Positions 28,624-37,993 are shown, counted from the stretch's first letter. The stretch: 64,000 bases of DNA from Thermoplasmata archaeon (GCA_028864975.1 JAGWLG010000016.1:8034-72033); one strand, 5' to 3'. The notes: generated by a model from the letters alone, not told the origin. Program-made: numbers and translations.

Positions 28624-31600
28624 GCTCCAGAGCCTCCCTGCGCAGAGCCGCCCTGCGGGGAAGGAACCGTAGCGGGGGCGGATGCGGGCCCGGGAGAGGG
28701 AGGGGACGAGGGGGCGGCTTCTCCTGCGGCCTCACCGCGAGCGGCTCCCGCGGAGGGGCTTGCGGGCGGGGAGGGAGGGGTGGCCGCGGGCCCTTCAGCG
28801 CTCCGCTCCCCACTCTCGGCCGGAGCGGCTTCGGGCTTGGAGGAGGATCCGCCGGATCTGCCCCGGCGCGGGCGCCACCACCAGACGGCGACGTTGGCCG
28901 CAGCCACCGCCGCAAGCCCGACGAGCAACAGGAGCTCCAGGAGGAAGGCGCTCAGGCCGAGACCGGGGGACGACACCACGGTGATCTTGATCGAGCCCGC
29001 GGCCGAGATCCCCTGGGCATCGGTGATCACGACCGTGACCCAATAGGTGCCTGCCGAGGGGAACGTGCAGGAGAGCGAGCTCACGGCGGAGGAAGCGCAT
29101 CCGCTCGGCAGCCCTCCCCACGCGAAGGTGTAGGGGGAGACCCCGGCTTGCCCCGAGGCTGACAGGCGGACCGAGGAGCCTGCGACGACCGGGCTCGCGC
29201 TTGCCGAGAGGGTCGAGAGGGCGAGGCGAGGAAGGACCTCGATCGCGACCGGGCGCTCCGAGACGGACCCGCCCCGGGCGTCCTCGACCGTCACCCCGAC
29301 GGAGTAGTTCCCCGGAGCGGAGGGGGTGCAGACGAGGAGCGGGGTGCTGACGGAGGTGCAGCCCGGAGGAACGCCGGACCAGAAGTACGAGAAGGAGGAG
29401 TTCCCCACGGCTCCCCCTCCCGGAGCGGCGAAGCTCTCGGACATCCCGACCTCGATCGGCGTCCGCGAGGCGTTCACGGCCCCCGCCGCGGGGGGCGCGA
29501 CGACCTGGAACTCGAGCGTGGGGCTCGTGGCCGTCGAACCGCGACTGTCCGTGACCCGGAGCGAGATGCCGTAGCTCCCTGCGGCGGCGGGAGTACAGTT
29601 CACCGACGGAGCGTTGAGGGAAACACAGCCGGGCGGAAGGCCTGACCAGAAGTACTGGAGGGGCCCGTTCACGGACTCGGCCGTCGCACGGAAGGTCACG
29701 GGGGCCCCCGAGTCAACGGAAGGAGGGCTGGCAGAGATCGGTCCCACGGCGGTCAGGGTGAGGAAGGCCGTGGAGAGGTTCTGCCAGGGGAGGCCGGGGT
29801 CCCCGTTCTTCGTCTCTCCCACGAGGGTGGCCACGCCCGAGGACGAGACCGCGAGCCGCACCTGGGTCAAGTTCCCCCAGGCAAGGTCGCGCACGAGCGC
29901 CGCGGAGGACCCATCGACCAGGTAGACGAGGACGCCGTCCGGGGCCTGCCCGGCGACCACCCAGGTGCCGCCCGATAGGGCGACCTGAAGCGTCGAGAGG
30001 TTCTCTGGGAGCGAGACGTTCGAGAGGACCTGCCCTGCGGGGTCGTCCACCTGGAGCAGGGTCGTGGAGTTGTTCCGATAGAGGAAGGCGAGGTCCCCAG
30101 GGCTCCCCGCGACGTGCGTGACGTAGGAGAGATTGAACCCGCGCACCGTGGGGACCGTCCAGGGCGACCCGCTCGTCATGTTGATGACCGAGTAGTTCCC
30201 GTCGACGCCCCGCATCGCGACGAGCCCGCTCGGGCAGTCGAAGGAGACGATGTTCCCCCCGAGCGGAGCACTCACCTGCGCAAGGACGGAGCCGCTCGAG
30301 AGGTCCTGCTCGACGAGGGTGCCTCCGTGTCCAAGCAGGGAAGGAGCGTCCAGGTGCACGACCCGCGTGTCCGTGCCGCACGCACCCGCGGTATAGGAGA
30401 GCGGGAACGCTCCGGTCGAGAGCGTTGTCGCGGGGCCCCAGGTCCGGCTCGTCGGGTCGAAGCGCGCGGCCTGGAGCTCAAGGCTCGCGACCTGCGCTGG
30501 CCCGGCGACCGTCGTCCCGGCATCGGGGAGCGCGTCCCAGAGGGCGAGGAGAGCTCCTCCGCCCAAGTTGACGACGCGAGGGTTGAAGGCGACCTCCCCC
30601 GGCGGGAGCGGGAGATTCTCCGGGCTCACGGTGCGGTTCGCGGGGTCGATCTGAAGGAGCCCCAGCGTGAGCCCCAGGTTGCGGGGCTTCGAGACGTTGT
30701 CCGTACCGTAGAGCAGTGCGTCGGTGGCGGACCCTCCGGCCATGTCGAAGGTCCCCCCGGGGTAGATGTCGTTCATGAGGGGCCCTTCGGTCGAACCCGG
30801 GACCCAACGCAGCGACTGGTAGCCGGAGATGTTGTAGTAGCGGGGGCCGACGACGAAGGAATTGCTCGACGCGCCCGCCGCGGGCCCGGTCGCTATGCCC
30901 GGGGTCGGGTTGCCTTCGGACCAGATGACCCCGGACCAAAGGTTGTCCGTCCAGCTCCAGAAGAGGACGCTCACGGTAACGAAGATCGTTCCGATGAGCT
31001 GCATCCCCCGAAGGTTGGGCTGGACGTTCTGGAGGTAGATGTCGAACTCGAGGGTACCCCCCATGCTGATGCTCGCCACCAGGAGCGAGAACCCGAGCGC
31101 GATCGAGATCGCGAGCGAGATCAGGGCCTGGACCTTCTGGAGGACGACAGGTAACCAGCCCAGGAAGCACCCCGTGGGGCAGACCGGAGAGGGGTTCGTC
31201 TGATTGAAGAAGAGCCCGATCGTCGCGCCTAGCGAGACCGCGATGGTCATCGTGAACCCGACAGTGCCGAGCGGGCCCAGGCTGATCCCGTAGATCGGGA
31301 ACGTGACCGACGCCTTGATCACGACCCCCATCGAGATCGAGAAGTTGGTGAGCACCAAGCTCCCCACCTGGGTGAGCCCGTTGTAGTACTGTTCGAACTG
31401 GAACTTGGCCTGGGCCGTGAAGCTCTCGGTGATCGTGAAAGAGATGCCCGCGACCTTCCCTAACGGGAATTGGATCGAGGCCCCCGCCGTCAACGTAACT
31501 TTGCCGAAGGAGCTGATCGAGAGCGCGACGTTCGCCCGGGGGATGATCGAGGCCGTGCCCGCGACCGGGTCCGGTAAGGTCGCGCCGGTCAAGGCGGCGA

Positions 31601-34001
31601 TGTTCATCGAAAGTGTCGCGTTGATGAAGTAGGTCGCGTTGAACGCGAGGATCTGCCCGTGCCCACCCTGTTGGCCCCAGGAGAGCGTGGTGATGGTCGC
31701 GGTGGTGGCCGCCATGAGCGCCGGGATCCCCTCCAGGAGGGGCTGGAGCATGCTGCCAGGGTCGACCGCGCCGTACTGGCCAGAGAGCCCGACCGGGAAG
31801 TTGGCCAGATGGTGCTTGCCGTAGGTCGCGTTCAGGTCCAGGGTCTCGTAGACCGTCGCGCACGCGCTCGAGCTTCCCGCAGGACCGAGCTGTACGCTGA
31901 ACTCGATCGAATCGTCCAGGGGGAGTGCGGAGAGCTCGGACGGGGTGAAGGTGGCATAGTCGACCCAGACCCCATCCCAGTAGACCGCGGCGATGGGAAG
32001 GTTGGCGTGCTCCTGCACCAAGACCGCCTCCGCGTCGATCGCGACCCACGCGGAAGGGCTCGAGGGACTGTACGCCTCCGCCCAGGTGGCGACCCCGAAG
32101 TTGTCGGTCAGGTCGTTGATGCCGACCGGGTCGAGGAGGCCTAGGTCGACCCCCTTCCACCAAACAGGGTAGCGGTCGTAGTAATGGGTGATCAGGGGCG
32201 AGGGGTTGACGATGAGGGGGTCCCACCCTGAGATCCCTTGCTCCCCCGCGCTGTCGGTCACCGCGACGGAGACGTTGAAGAAGTTGCCATGCGGGCCGGG
32301 ACAGCTCGTGGAGAAGGTGGGGACGCAGATGACCCGGCTGTGCAGGTTGTCGAAGATCGTGTTGACCGAGCACCCCACGGGGTAGAACCCTCCCTGCCAG
32401 GTTCGGTTGTACCATACGAAGCGCCCGGTTCCGCCGATGACGGTAACGTTGAGGGAGAGGGTATGCCCCTGCGCGACGGGGTCCGGGTTGGCATAGATCT
32501 CAGGAGTGACCGGCAGCCAGAAGCGCCAGGTATCCTGCAGCTCGTCCACGAAGCAGTAGCCCACCACGGGGCAGTCGGCGCCTCCGAAGAGGATCACGCA
32601 GCCGTGGGGCGGGGTAGGAGCTCCGCAGTCCGAGGGGTTGGGGTCGTAGGACATCAAGGGCTCGACCCGCTGGTCCGGCTGGGGTTTCGGGCCGGTCCCC
32701 AGTCCCGCGAAGGAGGTCACGTCGATCCATGCGCTACTGATGGGCTGCACCTGGTCCCCATAGTAGGACCATGTGGTGTTCTCCGCCGACGCGTTGGAGT
32801 AGGCCCCTCCGAAGAGGAGGAGGAAACGGTTGGCCTCGTCAAAGGCGTAGCCCGCGTCCTGAAGGTCCAGGAGCTGGTTGGAGCAGAACCCGGCGGAGGG
32901 AGGACACCCCGGCCCGAGGGTCGCCCACCCGCTGGGGGTCATCTCGTAGGTCGCGAACCCGTATCCCCCGCACGGCGCGGGTCCGCTCCAGGGGACGTTC
33001 GGCGGAGCAAAGCAGATCTGGGGGGTCACCAGGACGGCGTGGCCGAGGACAGGGTCGTAGAAGATGTCCTGAGTTCCGACCACGTTCATCCGACCCGCGA
33101 TCGGTCCCGCGGCCACCGAGATGTCCTCCCAGCCGTGGAAGGACGGCATGTACTCCCATGTCGTCTGGAGGGACTCGACCTCGACGCAAGGGATGCCGCA
33201 CTGCCAGCTTTGATTGGCCGGGATCCCAGAGACCGCGAGCAGGCAAGGGGAGAGCGTGAGGCAATCCGAGCCGTTCGGGTCGTAGATCAGTCCGAGCGCG
33301 GTCCACGGTCCGTGCATCATGGTCACGCTCGCTGACTCGTTCGTCCAAGCGCCGGCAGCGTACTGCCACTCGTACTCCGAGGCGTTGGCCCGCCCCATCA
33401 TCAGCACGAGGCATCCGCTCGTGCCGACGAAGCAGGAGGTTCCCGGGGTTTCCGGGTCGAAGACCATCGTGGGGCTAGGAGCGTTGAAGGGCGTGAGCGG
33501 TGGGGAGGCGATGGCGAGCTTGGTCCACTGACCTGCGGAGAACGTCCACGTCTCGTCGGCCCCCGTCGTCCAGTTCCAGGTCACGAGGACGAGATAGCCG
33601 TCGGCCCTGTCGTAGGCCATGGTCCCCAGTCCCGAAGCAGAGTCGGGGGGGGCGTGGAGCGGGGAAACGGGTTGCCAGGGGCTCGAGGAGGAGATGAGCG
33701 GCATCCCGACCCCCTGGGTCCCGACACATGCGGGGAGCCATCCCGTGGGATAGGTGCACCCGTCCGATGTGGTGGTGCGGGCGGAGGGACCCGAGGACGA
33801 CGCGTCCGCTCCTCCACTCCCCGATGAAGCGTGGGATCTCCCATTGTTGGCGAGTCCTTGCTCGTTCGGCAAGGAGGACCCGGAGGCCTGGACCGCGGGA
33901 GCGAGCCCGGGGAGCAGCAGCAGGACCACCGCGGTCACCGCGACCGAGGCGAGCATGGTCCGTCGCGAGCGACCTTTCGGCGTGTCCCGCCCTCCGTTCA
34001 T
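28620..34001 (-). CDS. Large surface protein (1793 aa): Cys-looped Kelch-like propeller, Ig domain, long amphipathic beta-strand region, second propeller-like region, 3 GLPxGC Ig domains, TM
   Basis: N-terminal SRRTML plus h-region; six YDP/FD blades; WSGLPPGC repeats; TM then RPRRGR. Confidence 0.85.
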   Translation of the reverse strand: MNGGRDTPKGRSRRTMLASVAVTAVVLLLLPGLAPAVQASGSSLPNEQGLANNGRSHASSGSGGADASSSGPSARTTTSDGCTYPTGWLPACVGTQGVGMPLISSSSPWQPVSPLHAPPDSASGLGTMAYDRADGYLVLVTWNWTTGADETWTFSAGQWTKLAIASPPLTPFNAPSPTMVFDPETPGTSCFVGTSGCLVLMMGRANASEYEWQYAAGAWTNESASVTMMHGPWTALGLIYDPNGSDCLTLSPCLLAVSGIPANQSWQCGIPCVEVESLQTTWEYMPSFHGWEDISVAAGPIAGRMNVVGTQDIFYDPVLGHAVLVTPQICFAPPNVPWSGPAPCGGYGFATYEMTPSGWATLGPGCPPSAGFCSNQLLDLQDAGYAFDEANRFLLLFGGAYSNASAENTTWSYYGDQVQPISSAWIDVTSFAGLGTGPKPQPDQRVEPLMSYDPNPSDCGAPTPPHGCVILFGGADCPVVGYCFVDELQDTWRFWLPVTPEIYANPDPVAQGHTLSLNVTVIGGTGRFVWYNRTWQGGFYPVGCSVNTIFDNLHSRVICVPTFSTSCPGPHGNFFNVSVAVTDSAGEQGISGWDPLIVNPSPLITHYYDRYPVWWKGVDLGLLDPVGINDLTDNFGVATWAEAYSPSSPSAWVAIDAEAVLVQEHANLPIAAVYWDGVWVDYATFTPSELSALPLDDSIEFSVQLGPAGSSSACATVYETLDLNATYGKHHLANFPVGLSGQYGAVDPGSMLQPLLEGIPALMAATTATITTLSWGQQGGHGQILAFNATYFINATLSMNIAALTGATLPDPVAGTASIIPRANVALSISSFGKVTLTAGASIQFPLGKVAGISFTITESFTAQAKFQFEQYYNGLTQVGSLVLTNFSISMGVVIKASVTFPIYGISLGPLGTVGFTMTIAVSLGATIGLFFNQTNPSPVCPTGCFLGWLPVVLQKVQALISLAISIALGFSLLVASISMGGTLEFDIYLQNVQPNLRGMQLIGTIFVTVSVLFWSWTDNLWSGVIWSEGNPTPGIATGPAAGASSNSFVVGPRYYNISGYQSLRWVPGSTEGPLMNDIYPGGTFDMAGGSATDALLYGTDNVSKPRNLGLTLGLLQIDPANRTVSPENLPLPPGEVAFNPRVVNLGGGALLALWDALPDAGTTVAGPAQVASLELQAARFDPTSRTWGPATTLSTGAFPLSYTAGACGTDTRVVHLDAPSLLGHGGTLVEQDLSSGSVLAQVSAPLGGNIVSFDCPSGLVAMRGVDGNYSVINMTSGSPWTVPTVRGFNLSYVTHVAGSPGDLAFLYRNNSTTLLQVDDPAGQVLSNVSLPENLSTLQVALSGGTWVVAGQAPDGVLVYLVDGSSAALVRDLAWGNLTQVRLAVSSSGVATLVGETKNGDPGLPWQNLSTAFLTLTAVGPISASPPSVDSGAPVTFRATAESVNGPLQYFWSGLPPGCVSLNAPSVNCTPAAAGSYGISLRVTDSRGSTATSPTLEFQVVAPPAAGAVNASRTPIEVGMSESFAAPGGGAVGNSSFSYFWSGVPPGCTSVSTPLLVCTPSAPGNYSVGVTVEDARGGSVSERPVAIEVLPRLALSTLSASASPVVAGSSVRLSASGQAGVSPYTFAWGGLPSGCASSAVSSLSCTFPSAGTYWVTVVITDAQGISAAGSIKITVVSSPGLGLSAFLLELLLLVGLAAVAAANVAVWWWRPRRGRSGGSSSKPEAAPAESGERSAEGPAATPPSPPASPSAGAARGEAAGEAAPSSPPSPGPASAPATVPSPQGGSAQGGSGA

Positions 34002-34174
34002 CTAGGGTCCTTCTAGGACGCCCGTGCCCCTGCGGGATGGTCCCCAGGTGGCGCGTCCGCCCTGACCAGTAAGGGTTCACCTCGGTCTTAGATGAATGTC
34101 CAGAAGAAATGAACAAAAGTGCCAGCGGCGCCGGCCTCCCCCCTTGGCACGAGAAGGAATGCCGGTGGGGAGAG

Positions 34175-35191
34175 TTACGTCCTATCCTTTCGGAAAGTGA
34201 GGGACCGAGCGGGACGCCGCACCTGCGGCACAAGGGCGCGTTGTCGATGGCGGGAAGAACGCCGGTCTGGTCTCGGAAGCGAGGCCCGGTGCCGGGCGAT
34301 GTACGGGAGCAGGGCCTCGAAGCGGTCGGAGACCCCGTCGACGAGCTCCATCTGGGACATCAGGAGACCCGGCATCTCTGCGATGGACTCGGCGAGGTGG
34401 GTGACCATCGATAAGTTCGGTAGGATGAGCCGGTAGATCTCGAACTCGACCCAGACCCCGGCGTAGGTCATCCAGGGGTCGAGCTCGCGGATGACCGCTG
34501 AGCGCGAGGCGTCCTTCGAGGGTCCCGGAGCATAGGCGACCAGGAGCTCCGCCATGAGCCCGTGGTCCAGGGCCCGGTAGTTCATCCTCGGGAAGGTCAT
34601 GAGCGCCCCTCCTGCGACGAGCTTCGCGACACGTCGTTTGAGCGTGCGGATGGGAACGCGCAGGTCCTCCGAAAGCGCACGGTAGGAGCCAAAGCCGTCC
34701 GGGACAAGGTGGGCGATGAGCTCCCACTCCGCTTCGTTCATCCGGACCCCGCAGGGGGGGTGATGCACGAGCGTGTAGGTCCCCCGCGGGCACCCGGCGA
34801 CCTGGTCGATCTCTGAGAGCAAGTGCTGCATCCCCGCGTCGTCCACGGCGACCAGTCCGAGACCCAAGAGAGGACCGTGGAAGTTCTCGAAGAAGACGAC
34901 GCCGGCGACCTCGCTCAGTCGCTCGATCACCTGGTGCCGGCGAGGACCTTGAGGGGTCTGGAGCGTGTAGGACCCGGAGACGAGGCCCAGGGCCGAGGGG
35001 TTGACGTAGACCCGGATCCCCTGGAGGAAGCCCGCCCGCGTCATGCGGAGGACCCGGTTGCGGACCGTGCCGGCCGAAACGCCGAGCTTCCGGGCGAGGG
35101 TCCGGTGGGATGAGGTCAGCTTCGGATTGGCCGGCCAGATGGTCCCTCCCTGGACCAGTTCCCGCAGGAGACGGATGTCCAGACGGTCCAT
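34175..35191 (-). CDS. Lrp/AsnC-like transcriptional regulator with two winged HTH modules
   Basis: MDRLDIRLLREL...LARKLGVSAGTVRNRVLRM..GFL and a second HTH, SYRALSEDLRVPIRTLKRRVAKL. Confidence 0.85.
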   Translation of the reverse strand: MDRLDIRLLRELVQGGTIWPANPKLTSSHRTLARKLGVSAGTVRNRVLRMTRAGFLQGIRVYVNPSALGLVSGSYTLQTPQGPRRHQVIERLSEVAGVVFFENFHGPLLGLGLVAVDDAGMQHLLSEIDQVAGCPRGTYTLVHHPPCGVRMNEAEWELIAHLVPDGFGSYRALSEDLRVPIRTLKRRVAKLVAGGALMTFPRMNYRALDHGLMAELLVAYAPGPSKDASRSAVIRELDPWMTYAGVWVEFEIYRLILPNLSMVTHLAESIAEMPGLLMSQMELVDGVSDRFEALLPYIARHRASLPRPDRRSSRHRQRALVPQVRRPARSLTFRKDRT

Positions 35192-35392
35192 GCATCCCCG
35201 TAGGATCCTCGAGAGAGGCCCCTGAGGTCACGCCAGGTACGTTCCGACCTAAAGCTTCCTGGCGAGGAGCTTCAGGAGCTCGTGCCCGTGAGAACCGCGT
35301 TTGCGCGTCATCGTCCGCACTTCTTGAGAGCGGAGCGTAAGAGGGTCCTTGAGGCTCAAGATGTCAAGCCTCTGGACCTTCCCACCCTCTCA

Positions 35393-36412
35393 TCACGAGG
35401 GGAGAGCGCGGGCCTCGATCAGGTCGAACCCGCGGTCCGTGGTGAGGACACGGGAGAGCGAGAACCCACCCGCTCCCAGGAGGGTGCGCCACTCCCGCTC
35501 GGTGCGTTCACGCCCTCCGTTCATCACCATCATCATCAGGTCGCGCCAGAGCACGGGTGCGGTGGCGTGCTGCTCTGGGAGGACGCTTTCGACCAGCAAG
35601 AGGGTACCTTCCGAGCCCATCGCCCTACGGCAGTTCGCGAGCAAGAGACGGGCCTTGTCATCGGGCCAGTCGTGGAGGATCCTCGACATCACGTAGAGGT
35701 CTCCTCCGGGGGGGATGAACTCAAGAGCCGAGCCTGCACGGATCTCGCATCGGTCCGCCACGCCAGCTCGCTCGAGGGTTTCGGGGGCGTGCTCAACGAC
35801 CCCTGGAAGGTCGAAGAGGATGCCGCGCAGCTTGAGATGGGAGCGAAGCGTCCGAGCGAGGAGGTCCCCCACCCCGCCACCCACGTCGACCATCACGTGG
35901 TAACGCTCCAGTTCGTACCCCTCGACCGCCTCCGCCGCGGCCGTAACCGTCCCGGCCATGGCACGGTTGAACGTCCCTCCTGCGTCCGGATGCCGTGCGT
36001 AGTAGTCGAAACAACCCATCCCGAACAGGTGGTCGAATGCGGTCTCGCCCGTTCGGACGGTGTGGAGCAGGTCCCCGAAGGCCCGGTACGAGTCTTCGCC
36101 TTGGAACAGGGCGAAGTCGTTCATGGACGCAGGGGCGTCGGTCCTCAGGAGCTCCCCCACCTCGGCGAGGCCCACGCGGCCCGACGCATCCATGGTGAAG
36201 ACCCCGAACGGCACGAGCGCTCTCAGAACGCGCCGCAGTGGGTCCGGCTCGGCCCCCACTTCCTTCGCCAGCACCGTCACGTCCTTGGGTCCCGAGGCGA
36301 GGTGATCGGGGACACGCAATCTTGCCACCACGTAGATGGCCTGCGTCACCCGGTACCCGCTGGCGAGCCGGAGGAGGGTGGCCCGAGGCGGTTCGTTCGA
36401 TCCCAAGGTCAT
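35393..36412 (-). CDS. SAM-dependent O-methyltransferase (Methyltransf_2 with dimerisation domain)
   Basis: TQAIYVVARLRVPDHL, VDVGGGVG, LFDLP.V, ILHDWPD motifs. Confidence 0.92.
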   Translation of the reverse strand: MTLGSNEPPRATLLRLASGYRVTQAIYVVARLRVPDHLASGPKDVTVLAKEVGAEPDPLRRVLRALVPFGVFTMDASGRVGLAEVGELLRTDAPASMNDFALFQGEDSYRAFGDLLHTVRTGETAFDHLFGMGCFDYYARHPDAGGTFNRAMAGTVTAAAEAVEGYELERYHVMVDVGGGVGDLLARTLRSHLKLRGILFDLPGVVEHAPETLERAGVADRCEIRAGSALEFIPPGGDLYVMSRILHDWPDDKARLLLANCRRAMGSEGTLLLVESVLPEQHATAPVLWRDLMMMVMNGGRERTEREWRTLLGAGGFSLSRVLTTDRGFDLIEARALPS

Positions 36413-36463
36413 GCCACTTGCACCGCTCCGCGACACTTCAACGTGCCGTCGGGGCTGGAGGCG

Positions 36464-37354
36464 CTACTCCAACGCCTCAAGCACACGGCGGCGCCATAGC
36501 GTGGGGTGTTGCTCAGGGTCGGTCCGGATCCGGATCGTACGGACATCAGAACGGACTCGAGGCTGGTAGGTCGGCCATAGCCTGACCAAGGCGCGATGGA
36601 GGACGCGAACGGTCTTCTCGGGGCCCGGAAAGTGAAAGGGAGTGGGAGCGTGCGGCGTCCCGCGGACGCGCTCGCGGCGAAGGCAGTTCCGAATGGGTGG
36701 GTCGAGCCAGAGGATGGTGACCGGCGCTCCGGAAGCGAAGAGACGTTCCTGAATGGGCACGCGGTGTGGTCCCACTCCAGAGAACTCGAGGATCGCACTC
36801 ATCCCCTGGCGAGCCCCCACGAGGAACATCTCGAGCGCGTGCATCTCCGCCCGCAAACTCCCATCCCCGACCATGCGACGGAAGTCGCTGAGGGAGTGGA
36901 AAGGAAAGCCAGTGATCCTCGAGAGCCAGCGCCCGCCGGTCGTCTTTCCGGCGCCGGGGACACCGATCAAGAGGATCTTGCGGGCGTGGATCCCTCTGTC
37001 GAGCGCTGGAGGGGAGAGAGATGGCCGGCGAGACCGCGCCCTCCCGGCCGAGGCAGCGGTCCACCAGAGAGCTCGAGAGGTCGTGATTGCTCTTCCAAGT
37101 CCTTCTCGCCGAGAGGAATCTGTGCGGGCTCGACCATCCCAGAAAGAAGATGGAGGGCGGTGCTCGCGCGATCCGCCAAGGTTTCCACTCGCGACCGCGA
37201 GATTCGCCTCGGCGAAGGAGCCCACTCCGAGATACGCACAGATCAATCGGCGGAGCAGATGATCATAGGTCTCCCCCGGACGACGCACCGCATCGAGCCG
37301 AGCCTTCGTGCTCGTCTTGATCCGCAGTGTGACCCACGCGCGCCGTCTCGCCAT
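36464..37354 (-). CDS. RHH/antitoxin-like N-terminal domain fused to a P-loop NMP/polynucleotide-kinase-like domain
   Basis: N-terminus WVTLRIKTSTKARLDAVRRPGETYDHLLRRLI; Walker A ILLIGVPGAGKTT, SLSDFRR, lid motif CLRRERVR. No in-frame stop between the two domains. Confidence 0.7.
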   Translation of the reverse strand: MARRRAWVTLRIKTSTKARLDAVRRPGETYDHLLRRLICAYLGVGSFAEANLAVASGNLGGSREHRPPSSFWDGRARTDSSRREGLGRAITTSRALWWTAASAGRARSRRPSLSPPALDRGIHARKILLIGVPGAGKTTGGRWLSRITGFPFHSLSDFRRMVGDGSLRAEMHALEMFLVGARQGMSAILEFSGVGPHRVPIQERLFASGAPVTILWLDPPIRNCLRRERVRGTPHAPTPFHFPGPEKTVRVLHRALVRLWPTYQPRVRSDVRTIRIRTDPEQHPTLWRRRVLEALE

Positions 37355-37440
37355 GCCGAGAGGAGTCCGACCGACCGCATGAACCCCGGCCGAACTGGGT
37401 GAAAGGTTCAATGCACCGACCGCCGGGCGGGGGAGTTCCG

Positions 37441-37698
37441 CTACCTGGCGTACACGGACGAACGGTGACCCACCTTCAGGACCAAAACCCGAAGGCGGAG
37501 CTCCTCGATATCGACGATAACTCGAAAGTCACCGACCCGAAGGCGGTACGCATCGAATCCAACCAATCGCCGGAGATGGCGATGCGGGACCACTGAGAGC
37601 GACCCCACTTTGGTGAAGATCCGCCTCGCGACAACACGATCGAGCTTCGCGAGCTCCCTTTCGGCGGACTCCGACCAGATGACCTGGTACCGGGTCAC
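37441..37698 (-). CDS. relE: RelE/ParE-family toxin (RelE/StbE-type mRNA interferase)
   Basis: YQVIWSESAERELAKLD...YRLRVGDFRVIVDI...VLVLKVGHRSSVY. GTG start overlaps the antitoxin stop. Confidence 0.92.
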   Translation of the reverse strand: MTRYQVIWSESAERELAKLDRVVARRIFTKVGSLSVVPHRHLRRLVGFDAYRLRVGDFRVIVDIEELRLRVLVLKVGHRSSVYAR

Positions 37699-37925
37699 AG
37701 GCTCAGCCTTTCGCGCACCTGATCGTGCGTGCGGAGTCTCCCGGCTCGAATCTCCGCTCGGGCGGCCCGGATCTCTCTCTTCGTCTGAGCGTCGAGCTCT
37801 CGAAGGTCCTCGAGCAGATTCCGGAGGACCTCGTTGTACGTCTCCCGCGGGTGAGTCTTTCTTCGGTTCAACTCGGCCCGCATGGCCAGGTCAACCTGGA
37901 TCGTGGTAACGGACAAACGGTGCAT
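37695..37925 (-). CDS. Cognate antitoxin, archaeal RHH-like (TTIQV...ETYNEVL family)
   Basis: VTTIQVDLAMRAELNRRKTHPRETYNEVLRNLL; lies directly upstream of the toxin with a GTGA overlap; GGGAGAG before ATG 37925. Confidence 0.85.
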   Translation of the reverse strand: MHRLSVTTIQVDLAMRAELNRRKTHPRETYNEVLRNLLEDLRELDAQTKREIRAARAEIRAGRLRTHDQVRERLSL

Positions 37926-37946
37926 CTCTCCCAAACTCGTTCGGCG

Positions 37947-37993
37947 GCAATAGATAACCACTACGGGCTATTAGAGGCTATAGGAAGCCATAG
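37947..37993. promoter_or_regulatory. Five degenerate heptamers at exact 10-bp spacing upstream of the TA operon (putative operator)
   Basis: GCAATAG (37947), ACCACTA (37957), GCTATTA (37967), GCTATAG (37977), GCCATAG (37987). Confidence 0.55.

Noticed and set aside
35221-35276. Imperfect inverted repeat (CGCCAGG/CCTGGCG) upstream of the Lrp-like gene
   Set aside because: A 7-bp GC-rich stem with a 20-nt loop is expected by chance at this GC content.
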